Counted from the stretch's first letter, positions 51,015 to 64,000 are shown. The stretch: DNA of 64,000 bases from an uncultured Clostridium sp. (GCA_964370905.1 CAYJKK010000003.1:43118-107117); one strand, 5' to 3'. Made by a program: numbers and translations. Notes: a model not told the origin generated them from the sequence alone.

Positions 51015-52013
51015 ATGAAACTAGAACAAAACAGCAAATCAATTTTATTTTCTGAAACAGTTATACCAGATATATTCTTCTCAGAATATTTATCTTTATT
51101 ATCTGGTGATTATTTAAAAATATATATGTATATCGTCTTTTTATCAAAGTATAGTAAAGAAATTAAAATACATGATTTATCTAAAAAATTAAATATACCA
51201 TTAAAATCTGTTCAAGAAGGATTTAAATTCTTAGAAGATAATAAATTGATTACCAAAAAAACAACTGGATACATCTTAACAGATCTTCAAGAATTAACAC
51301 TACATAACTTATATACTCCAAATCTAACTCTTTCTAAAGAAAAAATAGAAAAAACTTCCAAAAGTAAATCTAGAGCTAAAGCTATTGAACATATTAATAA
51401 TACATATTTTCAAGGGATTATGGGACCATCTTGGTATAATGATATAGATTTATGGTTTACTAAATATAATTTTGAAGAACAAGTAATGATTGCACTTTTT
51501 GATTATTGCTACAATAAGTCAGCAATGCACAAAAACTATATTCAAACAGTTGCTGAAGCTTGGTCTTTAAATAAGATCATAACTTGGAATGATCTAGATT
51601 CTTACTATAATAAACAAGAAAGAATAAATACATTCAAGAAAAGTATTGCTAAAAAATTAGGAAAATATAGTGGTCTTACACAATATGAAGAAGCATATAT
51701 TGAAAATTGGGTTTTCAATTATGGATATGATATGCCTATTATTGAAATGGCTTTAAAGAAAACCACTTTAAAACAAAATCCTACTTTTGAATATGTAAAT
51801 ACAATTATATCTGACTGGAACGAAAGAAATTTAAAAACACCTGATGAAATAAATGCTTATCTTGAAGTTAGAAAAAAGCAAGATAAAAGTGTACAAACAT
51901 TAAAAAAAGAAGTTACAAAAGCTAATTCTTCTTTTGAGCAAAGAAACTATGATAACTTAGATTTCTTATATGCAAATAATACAAATGAAGCAATTAATGA
52001 TATTAAAATTTAA
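51015..52013 (+). CDS. DnaD-domain replication protein (DnaB_2/DnaD C-terminal domain)
   Basis: ...YIENWVFNYGYDMPIIEMALKKT...FEYVNTIISDWNERNLKTPDEI. Start chosen at the ATG after GGGAGAG (the ORF track starts at 50952). Confidence 0.75.
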   Translation: MKLEQNSKSILFSETVIPDIFFSEYLSLLSGDYLKIYMYIVFLSKYSKEIKIHDLSKKLNIPLKSVQEGFKFLEDNKLITKKTTGYILTDLQELTLHNLYTPNLTLSKEKIEKTSKSKSRAKAIEHINNTYFQGIMGPSWYNDIDLWFTKYNFEEQVMIALFDYCYNKSAMHKNYIQTVAEAWSLNKIITWNDLDSYYNKQERINTFKKSIAKKLGKYSGLTQYEEAYIENWVFNYGYDMPIIEMALKKTTLKQNPTFEYVNTIISDWNERNLKTPDEINAYLEVRKKQDKSVQTLKKEVTKANSSFEQRNYDNLDFLYANNTNEAINDIKI

Positions 52014-52036
52014 ACTATAGGAGGTAATTTTAAAGT

Positions 52037-53042
52037 ATGTCTAACGATTATTTAAGACCAATTTTAAAAACATATTCACACAAAAAACTGCAAGCAGAGA
52101 TAGATGCTGATAATAGAAAAGAACAGCTATATTCTCAAATACCTATTTTAAAGAACATAGATAATGATTTAAATACTATCGGAATTACCTTATCAAAAAA
52201 TATTTTGTTTAATCAAACATCAAGTCAGGAATGTCTAAAAAATAAGATAGATTTATTAAAATTAAAAAAAGAACAATTATTAGCAGAACATAATATAAAT
52301 TATAGTTATCTACAACCTAATTATGAGTGTGCAATTTGCAATGATACGGGCTATATAAAGGATAATAACTTACTATCCCAAATGTGTAGTTGCTTAAAGC
52401 AAAAATTGTTAGATATTTCCTTTGATAAGTCAAACTTATCACAATTAAATAATCAAAATTTTTCAAAGTTTAATCCTAATCTTTTTTCTGATGAAGTAGA
52501 TTTATCAAAATATAAATTTAACAAATCACCTAGAAATAATATACTTGATATAAAAGAACAGTGTGTTCATTTCATAAATAATTTTGAAGATCCTAATACG
52601 AAAGACTTATTATTTTCTGGGAACACTGGTTTACGGTAAAAGTTTTATGTCTAACTGTATTGCATCTGAATTAATAGCTAAAGGAAAAACTGTTTTATAC
52701 CAAACAGCTCCCGTTTTATTAGAATCTATTATCGATTATAAGATGTCAAAAAATAAATATGAAAAAGATAATATATTAAATACTATCTTAAATGTTGATT
52801 TACTTATTATTGATGACTTAGGTACAGAATCTCTAAATAGTATGAAATTAAGTGAATTATTTACAATAATTAATACTCGTATTTTAAACCTTAATGGAGA
52901 AACTAAAAAAACAATAATTTCTACAAATTTGAATATTAAAGAATTTTTCAATATCTATCAAGAAAGAATTGGATCGCGAATAGTTGGTCACTATAATTTA
53001 TTTTACTTTTATGGTGATGATCTTAGATTTAAATTAAAATAA
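52037..53042 (+). pseudogene. DnaC/DnaI-like helicase-loader ATPase, frame broken at in-frame CGG (52634-52636) inside Walker A
   Basis: Zn-ribbon CAICNDTGY..CSC, then LLFSGNTGL-CGG-TAA stop. The +1 frame gives GKSFMSNCIASEL...LLIIDDLGTE (Walker B), which is ORF 52584..53042. Skipping C52634 gives Walker A GNTGLGKS. Confidence 0.85.
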
Positions 53043-53046
53043 TAAA

Positions 53047-53084
53047 AAAATCACCAGTATAACATATGCTATACTGGTGATTTT
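53047..53084. terminator. bidirectional terminator between the dnaC-like gene and gyrA
   Basis: AAAATCACCAGTATA-acatatgc-TATACTGGTGATTTT. Confidence 0.7.
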
Positions 53085-53089
53085 ATATA

Positions 53090-55543
53090 TTATTCTATTT
53101 CGCTTTCTTCTTGAGTTAATGTTTCTATACTTACAACTCTTCCACCATCATTAGTTCTCATTAAAGTAACTCCTTGTGTAGATCTTCCTAACACACTAAT
53201 TTCTTTTACATTTAATCTAATAATTGTTCCAGTATCTGTAATTAACATTACATCTTCATCTTCATTTGCAATTCTCACACCTACTAATTTTCCTGTTTTA
53301 GGTGTTATTTTATATGTTATAACGCCTTTTCCACCTCTAATTTGTACTCTATATTCATCTAGTTCAGTTCTTTTTCCAAATCCATTTTCAGTTATTGCTA
53401 ATAACGTAGCTTTTCCTCCTGCTATTATAGATTCCATTCCTATTACAACATCATCTGGATCAATTCTAATACCAATTACACCTTGAGAAACTCTACCAAT
53501 TGGTCTTACATCTTTTTCGTCAAATGTTATACACATTCCTTTTTCAGTTACTAATACAACATTATCTTGTCCATCTGTTAATCTAACAGTTATTAATTCA
53601 TCTTCTTCTTTTAATGTTATACCTTGTAATCCTGTTTTTCTAGTCGAATCATATTCAACTAAAGATGTTTTCTTTATTAAACCATTTTTAGTAGCCATTA
53701 ATAAATATTTTCCATCACTAAAGTTTTGAATTGGAATAACTGCAGATACTTTTTCTCCAGAATCTAAACTAAGTAGATTAACAATTGCTGTTCCTTTGGC
53801 AGTTCTACCTGCTTCTGGGATTTCATATCCTCTTAATCTATATAGTTTACCTTTATTCGTAAAGAATAATATTGTATCATGTGTAGATGCTGTAAAAATT
53901 TGTTTAACAAAATCTTCTTCACGTGTTGCAATTCCTGTTATACCTTTTCCACCTCTTCTTTGACTTCTATATGTATCTATAGGCATTCTTTTAATATATC
54001 CAAAATGTGTTAATGCAACAACACTTTGTTCTTCCTTGATTAAATCATCAATATCTATTTCACCTTCAGCAGCTACTATTTTAGTTTTTCTTTCATCTCC
54101 AAATTTTTCTCTAATTTCAAGTAATTCTTCTTTGATAAGATCAAATACTAGTTTTTCGCTATTTAAAATATCTCTTAAATGTGCTATTAACTTCATTAAT
54201 TGATTATATTCTTCGTCTATTTTTTCTCTTTGTAATCCTGATAATGTTTTTAATCTCATATCTAATATAGCTTGTGCTTGTATATCAGATAATCCAAATC
54301 TTTCCATTAATCTTTCTTTTGGATCATCATAAGAAGATCTTATGATACTTATAACTTCATCAATATTATCTAATGCTATTTTTAATCCTTCTAAAATATG
54401 AGCTCTTGCTAATGCTTTATCTAATTCAAATTGTGTTCTTCTTAATATTACATCTTTTCTATGATCTATATAACAATCTATAGTTTGTCTTAAAGTTAAT
54501 ACTTTTGGTTCGCCATTTACTAATGCTAACATTATAATTCCAAAAGTTGTTTGCATTTGAGTATGTTTAAATAATTGATTTAAAACTACTTGTGCATTTG
54601 CATCTCTTTTTAATTCTATTACAACTCTTACTCTATCTTTTCTATCTGACTCGTCTCTACATTCTGATATACCTTCGATTTTTTTTTCTTTAGATAAATC
54701 TGAAATAGCTTTTATTAAATTTGCTTTATTTACTTGATATGGTAACGATGAAACAATAATTCTTTGTCTATTTCCACTCATTTCTTCTATTTCTGCTTCT
54801 GCTCTTAATGTTATTTTTCCTCTACCTGTTTTATATGCTTGCTTAATTCCTTCTAAACCTAAAATTATTCCTTCTGTTGGAAAATCTGGTCCTTTTATTA
54901 CTTCTAATAATTGTTCATCTTGAACATCATCTTCATCTATTATTTTAATAATTCCATCAATAACTTCTTTTAAGTTATGTGGTGGTATATTTGTTGCCAT
55001 ACCAACTGCAATTCCTGAAGATCCATTTACAAGTAATGCTGGTACCCTTGCTGGTAATACTGTAGGTTCTTGTAATCTATCATCATAGTTTGGCATAAAA
55101 TTAACTGTATTTTTTTCTATATCTGTTAACATGTGTTCTGAAATTTTAGACATTCTTGCTTCAGTATACCTCATTGCAGCTGCTCCATCACCATCTACTG
55201 AACCAAAATTTCCATGTCCATCTACCATCATATATCTCATAGAAAAGTCTTGTGCCATTCTTACCATTGCATCATAAACAGAACTATCACCGTGTGGATG
55301 ATATCTCCCTAATACTGATCCAACAGTGTTAGCACATTTTCTATATGCCTTATCTGACGTAATACCATCTTCATGCATAGAGTATAATATTCTTCTATGC
55401 ACTGGTTTTAAACCATCTCTTACATCAGGAAGTGCACGAGAAACTATAACACTCATTGCATAATCTATATATGCTTTTCGCATTTCTTTTTCAATGTCTC
55501 TTTCTACTATTTTTCCGTCCATTCTTTCTTGTCTTTCTTCCAT
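53090..55543 (-). CDS. gyrA: DNA gyrase subunit A
   Basis: [36 protein letters not shown], GyrA box QRRGGKG. Start chosen at MEERQER (55543) after a GAGGGA SD. The ORF-track extension to 55609 is unlikely. Confidence 0.95.
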   Translation of the reverse strand: MEERQERMDGKIVERDIEKEMRKAYIDYAMSVIVSRALPDVRDGLKPVHRRILYSMHEDGITSDKAYRKCANTVGSVLGRYHPHGDSSVYDAMVRMAQDFSMRYMMVDGHGNFGSVDGDGAAAMRYTEARMSKISEHMLTDIEKNTVNFMPNYDDRLQEPTVLPARVPALLVNGSSGIAVGMATNIPPHNLKEVIDGIIKIIDEDDVQDEQLLEVIKGPDFPTEGIILGLEGIKQAYKTGRGKITLRAEAEIEEMSGNRQRIIVSSLPYQVNKANLIKAISDLSKEKKIEGISECRDESDRKDRVRVVIELKRDANAQVVLNQLFKHTQMQTTFGIIMLALVNGEPKVLTLRQTIDCYIDHRKDVILRRTQFELDKALARAHILEGLKIALDNIDEVISIIRSSYDDPKERLMERFGLSDIQAQAILDMRLKTLSGLQREKIDEEYNQLMKLIAHLRDILNSEKLVFDLIKEELLEIREKFGDERKTKIVAAEGEIDIDDLIKEEQSVVALTHFGYIKRMPIDTYRSQRRGGKGITGIATREEDFVKQIFTASTHDTILFFTNKGKLYRLRGYEIPEAGRTAKGTAIVNLLSLDSGEKVSAVIPIQNFSDGKYLLMATKNGLIKKTSLVEYDSTRKTGLQGITLKEEDELITVRLTDGQDNVVLVTEKGMCITFDEKDVRPIGRVSQGVIGIRIDPDDVVIGMESIIAGGKATLLAITENGFGKRTELDEYRVQIRGGKGVITYKITPKTGKLVGVRIANEDEDVMLITDTGTIIRLNVKEISVLGRSTQGVTLMRTNDGGRVVSIETLTQEESEIE

Positions 55544-55683
55544 TGTTTTTCCCTCATTTCTTACTATTTTATACCTTTGTATTATACTAAAACACCTTAT
55601 ATATTGCAAGTAAAATAGTTAATTTTTATGCTTTTTAAAATAAAATAAGTTATAGCTAAAGCGCTATAACTTATTTTACTAAT

Positions 55684-55860
55684 TTATCTAGGTAGAAATA
55701 ATTTACATTTGCAAATACCTTCTGATATAAATTCATCACAAGGACATAATGTGGTATCATCTACATTTACTCTACATGGACAATGTCCATCTTTTCTATA
55801 TATTCCTTCTATTATTTTACTTACATAATCTTTATCTTTATTTAATTCATATCCTTTCAT
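55684..55860 (-). CDS. 58-aa ferredoxin-thioredoxin-reductase catalytic-subunit-like protein
   Basis: Own translation: MKGYELNKDKDYVSKIIEGIYRKDGHCPCRVNVDDTTLCPCDEFISEGICKCKLFLPR* (CPC..CPC..CKC pattern). GGAGGT SD. Below the ORF-track size cutoff. Confidence 0.65.
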   Translation of the reverse strand: MKGYELNKDKDYVSKIIEGIYRKDGHCPCRVNVDDTTLCPCDEFISEGICKCKLFLPR

Positions 55861-55871
55861 AACAATACCTC

Positions 55872-56183
55872 CTAAATATATTTAGACATTTTTTGAACAA
55901 TTTCTTCTTCTTCACAATATCCTACTATTTTTTCTTTAGGCTCTCCATTTTTGAATACTATCATTGTTGGTACTACTTCAACTCCATATTTTATAGCTAA
56001 TTCCTGATTTTCATCAATGTTTACTTTTGCAATCTCATATCCAGATCTACTCTCAGATATTTTTTCTAAAATTGGTGACAACATTTTGCATGGTGGACAC
56101 CATGTTGCAAAAAAATCTATAAGAATTACATTTTTATTTTGAATTACATCAATTTCAAAGCTTTCTTTATTTAAAATTTTCAT
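55872..56183 (-). CDS. trxA: thioredoxin
   Basis: 103 aa with the WCPPCK active site. Confidence 0.9.
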   Translation of the reverse strand: MKILNKESFEIDVIQNKNVILIDFFATWCPPCKMLSPILEKISESRSGYEIAKVNIDENQELAIKYGVEVVPTMIVFKNGEPKEKIVGYCEEEEIVQKMSKYI

Positions 56184-56250
56184 AATATACCTCCATTTTT
56201 ATTTATAATATTCTTATTTTTTAATATTGTCAATATAAATTAGATTTAAA

Positions 56251-56958
56251 TTATAATTTAGATGCTAAAACTAATTGTTCCTCAGTCAAATTAAAATTAT
56301 GCCCATTATTTTTTATAATATTATGTATATTTTCTACTTCTCTTGCTTTTAAAATTAAATTTTCTAATGGCAATAATTTTTCTAATTGACTCATAATAGC
56401 TTTATAGTTCTTATCCATTTGGTTAAAATCTTTTTTAGCATATGAATTATGCCATTCTTCTATATTTGTAGCAGTTTTTGAATATATATTACTTTGATCT
56501 TGTATTGTTTCTTGTATATTATTTTGTGTGTTCTCTAATATTAGATTTTTACCACCTTGTAATATACTAGCTATAGTTGAGTTAAGAACACCAGAATTTT
56601 GTGCTTTATTTATTGCCACATCAAGAACATTTGAAACTCCATTAACCATTTCTCCTGCATCTATAATTCGACCTAAATCATTTATATCTGTTATCTCACC
56701 TTTAAATATTCCAACTATATCTTTTCCCACAGTTACTACGTCATTTATTGTTTTAGAAATTCCTTCTTTCAATCCATGATTTAATAAGTTATCTTTTAAA
56801 TCGATAACTTGTTCATCTATTAAATCTGGTAATAAAGCTCTTATTCCTATATCAATACCTGTATTTACAATTTTACCTAATGTTGAATCTAAAAATTTAT
56901 TTTGTTCATTTTCTATATTTACATTTAAACTTTCTGTCATAGCTTGTTGTATTTCCAT
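56251..56958 (-). CDS. hypothetical protein downstream of virB4
   Basis: ORF track, 235 aa. GGAGGAAAC SD. No family recognised. Confidence 0.55.
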   Translation of the reverse strand: MEIQQAMTESLNVNIENEQNKFLDSTLGKIVNTGIDIGIRALLPDLIDEQVIDLKDNLLNHGLKEGISKTINDVVTVGKDIVGIFKGEITDINDLGRIIDAGEMVNGVSNVLDVAINKAQNSGVLNSTIASILQGGKNLILENTQNNIQETIQDQSNIYSKTATNIEEWHNSYAKKDFNQMDKNYKAIMSQLEKLLPLENLILKAREVENIHNIIKNNGHNFNLTEEQLVLASKL

Positions 56959-57915
56959 GTTTCCTCCTTTGTTTTCTAATTTTTTTCTTTATTTGTTATA
57001 ATATTTTTTTCATATTGGCTAGACTCTATTTTTACTAAAGTATGGTCTGCTCCTACAAACATCAAACATTCTCCTCTTTTTAAAGATTTAATTTCTATCT
57101 TTTCTTGTTCACTAATATTAGAATATTCTGATAATGTTTTTATATTTTCTTCTTCTAATGCAAAAAATATTTTTATACTAGAGTTATTTATTATGCTCTT
57201 TCCATATGTTCCACCTTCTAAACTAAATATATCTGAAATATCTTGTGTAATAGCAACGCCACTACCACTATATTTCCTTATAGTTTTGAATATTTTATAT
57301 ATGAAACTAGCAACTTCAATATTTGAAGTAACACCTATTAATCTCCATATTTCGTCTAAATATATTACTTTCTTTTCGTCTCTATCTTCCTTTACTTTGT
57401 CCCAAAATATATCTGCAAATAAATACATACCGTACTTTATATTTTCTTCGCCTAAATCATATAAATCGGCAACTACTAAATCATTATTTAATTCAACATT
57501 TGTATAATTATTGAAAAATTTCATTGAGCCTTTTACAAATGGAATTAGTTTTGTTTGAAACTTAAGTGTTCGTATATCTTCTCCTAAAATGGTATATAAA
57601 TCTGATAATATTGGCATACTTGTAGTCGTTTTAAATTTACTTTTAGAATCATATAATGTTTCATCTTCAAATGTAATTCCTTTTAATGCATATAAGTTTA
57701 TTAATTTTTCTTCAAGTATCGCTTTTTCATCTTCATCCATCTTTCCAAATATTAAATTTAAAAAACCTATTAATTTGGTTATTTTTGTTACTAAATAACC
57801 ATTATTTCCGTTCTTCTAAACTTTCTTTTCTTATATCAAAAATATTTATATATGTTTTTGAATTTGGACCTATCTTTATTACAGTTCCTGATAAAACATT
57901 TGCTATATTATTGTA

Positions 57916-59298
57916 GTCAGCTAAGTCAAAAGATTACTCTTTTTTTCTCGCATAAGAACTGTACGTGAAAGTTTCCCTTCATACAGCTCAAATATTTTAT
58001 TTTATCACTTCCTCGATTTTTAATAATTTTAAATTTTTTGTTGCAAATAAATATTTTGTTATTTGGTTTGATTTCCAATATTTTTCTATAATCCATTTTT
58101 TTGATTTTTGTTGATGTTTTCTTTTAGCCCATTTATACGTTAATATAAATAATCTACTATTAATTTTATTCTTCACTTTTTTTGTTAATAAATTTTTTTT
58201 ATTTTCAAACCAACTTTTCATTTTACTATTAATTTTTATAATTAATTGTTCTTGAGAATATTTTTTTCCACTTCCTAATATTAAATTAGACATTTCTCTT
58301 AAAAATATGTTTATTTCTTCATTTGAATATTTTATATATACTTTATTATAACTACGTATATATCTATAATTTATAAATTCTATTTGTTTTTCATATGACA
58401 AATCTTTAACTATTACATCATATTCATTCAATTTAGTACTATATAAGGCTTTTCCGATCATTTCTCTTAATTCGATTTTTGAATATTTTTTCCCATAAAA
58501 AATAATACATTTGTTATTGTATTTATATATTGACATTTTATACTTCGAATCTTTCATATATTTTTTAAATCTATTCAATTTTTCTTCTAAAACATCATTT
58601 CTTATCTCATCTACCATTTTCTTCTTATATAACCTTTTATAATATTTATATATTTTATTTATTCCTTCTATTTTTATGTCTATAGTTATAATATGACTGT
58701 TTTTATCTATTAATCTTTTTATTATTTTATCTTTAATATTGTCCAATTCAAATTGGTGCTTTTCTCTTTTACTAATATATATTTCATCTAATTTAAATTT
58801 ATCTTTAATCACCTCTAATAAAATATTTAAAATAAGTCAGCACTTTTTCAAGCTAGGTATTAAACCTTATATATTTCATTACAAAATATCATTCGCTTTT
58901 TATTTTTTCCTTTACCCTCTACATCATCTCTTGCCTTTACAGACGCAATACCTATTTAGGAATATATAGGGCTTACCAAGTTCTGCATAATAAACACAAT
59001 ATACCTTAGAAATATTCTTTAAGCCGAGGATTTTATCCATTTTATTAAGAGTTAAGAAACCTCTTAATCTTATCCTTAACATTTTGTTAAAGTGTATCAA
59101 CCTATTTCACTTCTTCCCGTAACGACTTTTACAAATATTTCATAGTATATATTCTAAATAAATCATAATTAGGTTATTAAGATTTATTTTCATTATAAGC
59201 TTCTAACTAAAAAATTACTTTTTTAGCTAGTTATATTAGAATTATCTAAAATGGATTAGATAGCTAAATGCAATTTATTATGCAACTTCTTGTCGCAC
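57916..59298 (-). mobile_element. group II intron (1,383 nt) inside virB4
   Basis: 5' end GTGCGAC at 59298. Domain V GAGCTGTATGAAGGGAAACTTTCACGTACAGTTC at 57989-57956, followed by a short domain VI. Removing it fuses ...IIDPERE to YNNIANVLSG... in frame. Confidence 0.8.
57997..58812 (-). CDS. truncated group II intron-encoded protein (maturase/X-domain region only, 271 aa)
   Basis: C-terminal maturase-like LIIKINSKMKSWFENKK...YKWAKRKHQQKSKKWIIEKYW. No YADD-type RT active site seen. The stop lies 7 nt before domain V. Confidence 0.65.
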   Translation of the reverse strand: MIKDKFKLDEIYISKREKHQFELDNIKDKIIKRLIDKNSHIITIDIKIEGINKIYKYYKRLYKKKMVDEIRNDVLEEKLNRFKKYMKDSKYKMSIYKYNNKCIIFYGKKYSKIELREMIGKALYSTKLNEYDVIVKDLSYEKQIEFINYRYIRSYNKVYIKYSNEEINIFLREMSNLILGSGKKYSQEQLIIKINSKMKSWFENKKNLLTKKVKNKINSRLFILTYKWAKRKHQQKSKKWIIEKYWKSNQITKYLFATKNLKLLKIEEVIK

Positions 59299-61017
59299 TT
59301 CTCTTTCGGGATCTATTATATATTGTTTTATTCCGTAACAAACTACTTCTCATTACCAATAATTTGGTATAGTATGATTTTCCTGATCCACTTGTTCCAA
59401 AAATACACATATTTGAATTTTTATATTTTAAATCATTATATCGATCTATAAATATTAATGAACTATCATAAACGTTTTGCCCCATAAATACTCCATTTTC
59501 ATCAAAAATATCTGTTGCAAAAAATGGATATGTACCCAATATACCAGAGGTAAGTACATTTCTCCTTGATGCTTCTTTTATAATATTTGAATTTATATCT
59601 AATGGCATACATGACAAAAAAACTTCTTCTTCCCTAAAAACTGATCTTTTTGTTTGAATACCTTTACTTTGCAATATTCCTTCTAATCTTTCTATATCTT
59701 TTTTTAAGCTTTCTAAATCATTAGCAGAAATATTTATATATGTATAAAGAAAATACATATTTTCATTATTAATTTGCATTTCTTTTCTTATATATTTTGC
59801 GTCATTATATGTAAAAGCAGCTATTTCTAAATCTTCTCTGTTTTCATTTGAATATTTTAATTCAGATTTAACATTTCCTATATGATATGTTAAATCTTTT
59901 ATAGTTTTATATGTATCTTGTAACTCATAAAACATGGAAATATTTATGTTTATATTGCTCTCTATTAAAGCTTTTAAAATTAACTCTGTATTTTCTCTAC
60001 TATAATCTGTTACAATCAACCCTGCATAATAAATATTATCTATTTCTAGGAATTTATAGCTAATATTTATATATGCTGGTGATATCTTATCATATAAATC
60101 TCTAGAACCTAATATGAATTTTTTAATCTTCGAATTCTTAATATAAATCTTCCTTTCTTCTTATGTTGATAAATGAATTTATAATTTCTAATGATTCTTC
60201 TTTGGTGTCAACTTCTAAAACACTATTTCCACACCTCAAAAGAGATTCTTTAATCTTGAAAAATTTATCTTTTAAATCTTTGAATACTATCTCTTCCTCA
60301 TATTTAATTTCTTTACTTTCATATGTTTTTGATATGATAATAAAGAAATTTTTAGCTGAAGACTTTTGTAACTTATTTAGTTGATCTAAGTACTCTATAT
60401 ATGAGGTACCTAGATCTTTTAATCTTGTGTTTTCACTTTTTTCAATATGCTTTTGTATATTACTTTTATTTCCTTCTAAATTTTTTATTGAACTTTGAAC
60501 TAAAATTTGGACATTAAAATTACATGATTTTAAAAATATTTTATATGAATTTAAAATTGCTTTTTTCTCTAGGTCTGACTTCAAATTGAAATTTATGGAA
60601 CTAACTTTTAGAATTTTAATAAATCTTTTGTTTCTCAACTTAATTATCCCATTATCATAAATTTTTATAATGGGTATCCAATTTTGAATCGCATTGTTTA
60701 TGTTTTCACCTCCTGGAAAAATCTTACAATTTTTTTATATAAAAGTCAAGGAAATCTCACCGCAAAATTCGACATTTTTTATGTAGACCTCTTCTATTTT
60801 TTCAGTTATTCTAATATTGTTAATTCTCATTTTCTTTACAGTTCTTAGCTTACAAGAATTTTATCATTTTTGCATTTTTTGTCGAATTTTGTAATGTTTT
60901 GTAGTATACTTGTTATATTTTTATGTCAACTTTTTGTTTTGTTAACATAATTTATTTTTAGTTATACAAAAAATAAATGTATAAATTTTAACATTCTATA
61001 CATTTATTTTTAAATTT

Positions 61018-64000
<2,983 letters not shown>

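Larger units (their letters stand above)
47472..53042 (+). mobile_element. conjugative-element remnant, block A (T4SS coupling protein, VirB2/VirB6/VirB3-like genes, DnaD and DnaC-like genes)
   Basis: Gene content below. No integrase or relaxase in the window. The expected virB4 is missing after the PrgI-like gene and is found inverted at 56.9-60.7 kb. Confidence 0.55.
56976..60701 (-). pseudogene. VirB4/TcpF/PrgJ-like conjugation ATPase, interrupted by a group II intron, two CGG frame breaks and one further frame break
   Basis: Four ORF-track fragments (60138..60638, 59264..60019, 56976..57740, plus an unlisted stretch 57741-57915) join into about 779 aa. The join needs the intron (57916-59298) removed and +1 shifts at 59335, 57810 and about 60140. 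Motifs: Walker A FGTSGSGKSY, IIDPERE|Y across the splice junction, Walker B VIYLDEIW, VAITQD. Confidence 0.8.

Noticed and set aside
55544-55609. 22-codon N-terminal extension of gyrA in the ORF track ([22 protein letters not shown])
   Set aside because: The conserved GyrA N-terminus begins at MEERQER. A GAGGGA SD precedes that ATG, and the extension has no SD.

Overview
AT-rich, Clostridia-like chromosome segment. It ends in the origin-proximal recF-gyrB ... gyrA region, all on the minus strand. All calls come from manual reading of the sequence and the ORF track; no searches were run.

Layout, left to right:
- 0-4.2 kb: small housekeeping or accessory genes (DUF1287, XRE regulator, histidine phosphatase, SAM methyltransferase, HNH endonuclease).
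- About 4.77-16.53 kb: an integrative element bounded by a 13-bp repeat of the tRNA-Pro 3' end. It carries a tyrosine integrase, Xis-like HTH, AIPR abortive-infection gene, a DpnII-like GATC restriction-modification cassette with extra ORFs, an orphan methyltransferase, TnpV and a RepA_N initiator.
- 16.5-16.8 kb: tRNA-Pro and tRNA-Arg.
- 16.9-26.9 kb: secreted nuclease, an ABC/FtsX transporter with its two-component system, an 842-aa adenosine-deaminase-fold fusion protein, an M23 peptidase and HtrA.
- 27.2-37.7 kb: a 2,488-aa NRPS (C-A-T-C-A-T-R), followed 10 nt later by a multi-TM histidine kinase and then a REC/HD-GYP regulator.
- 37.8-47.4 kb: Tex, ABC-F, DUF378, CorA, VanW, SDR, and tRNA-Thr/Glu/Lys.
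- 47.5-53.0 kb and 56.2-60.7 kb: a fragmentary Gram-positive conjugation (T4SS) module split into two oppositely oriented blocks on either side of gyrA. The virB4-like gene carries a group II intron.

Main observation: in my manual scan, all six in-frame CGG codons sit exactly at +1 frame breaks in otherwise conserved genes. Skipping the C restores a conserved glycine (GGN) each time. This suggests either a systematic artefact or CGG-linked +1 recoding.
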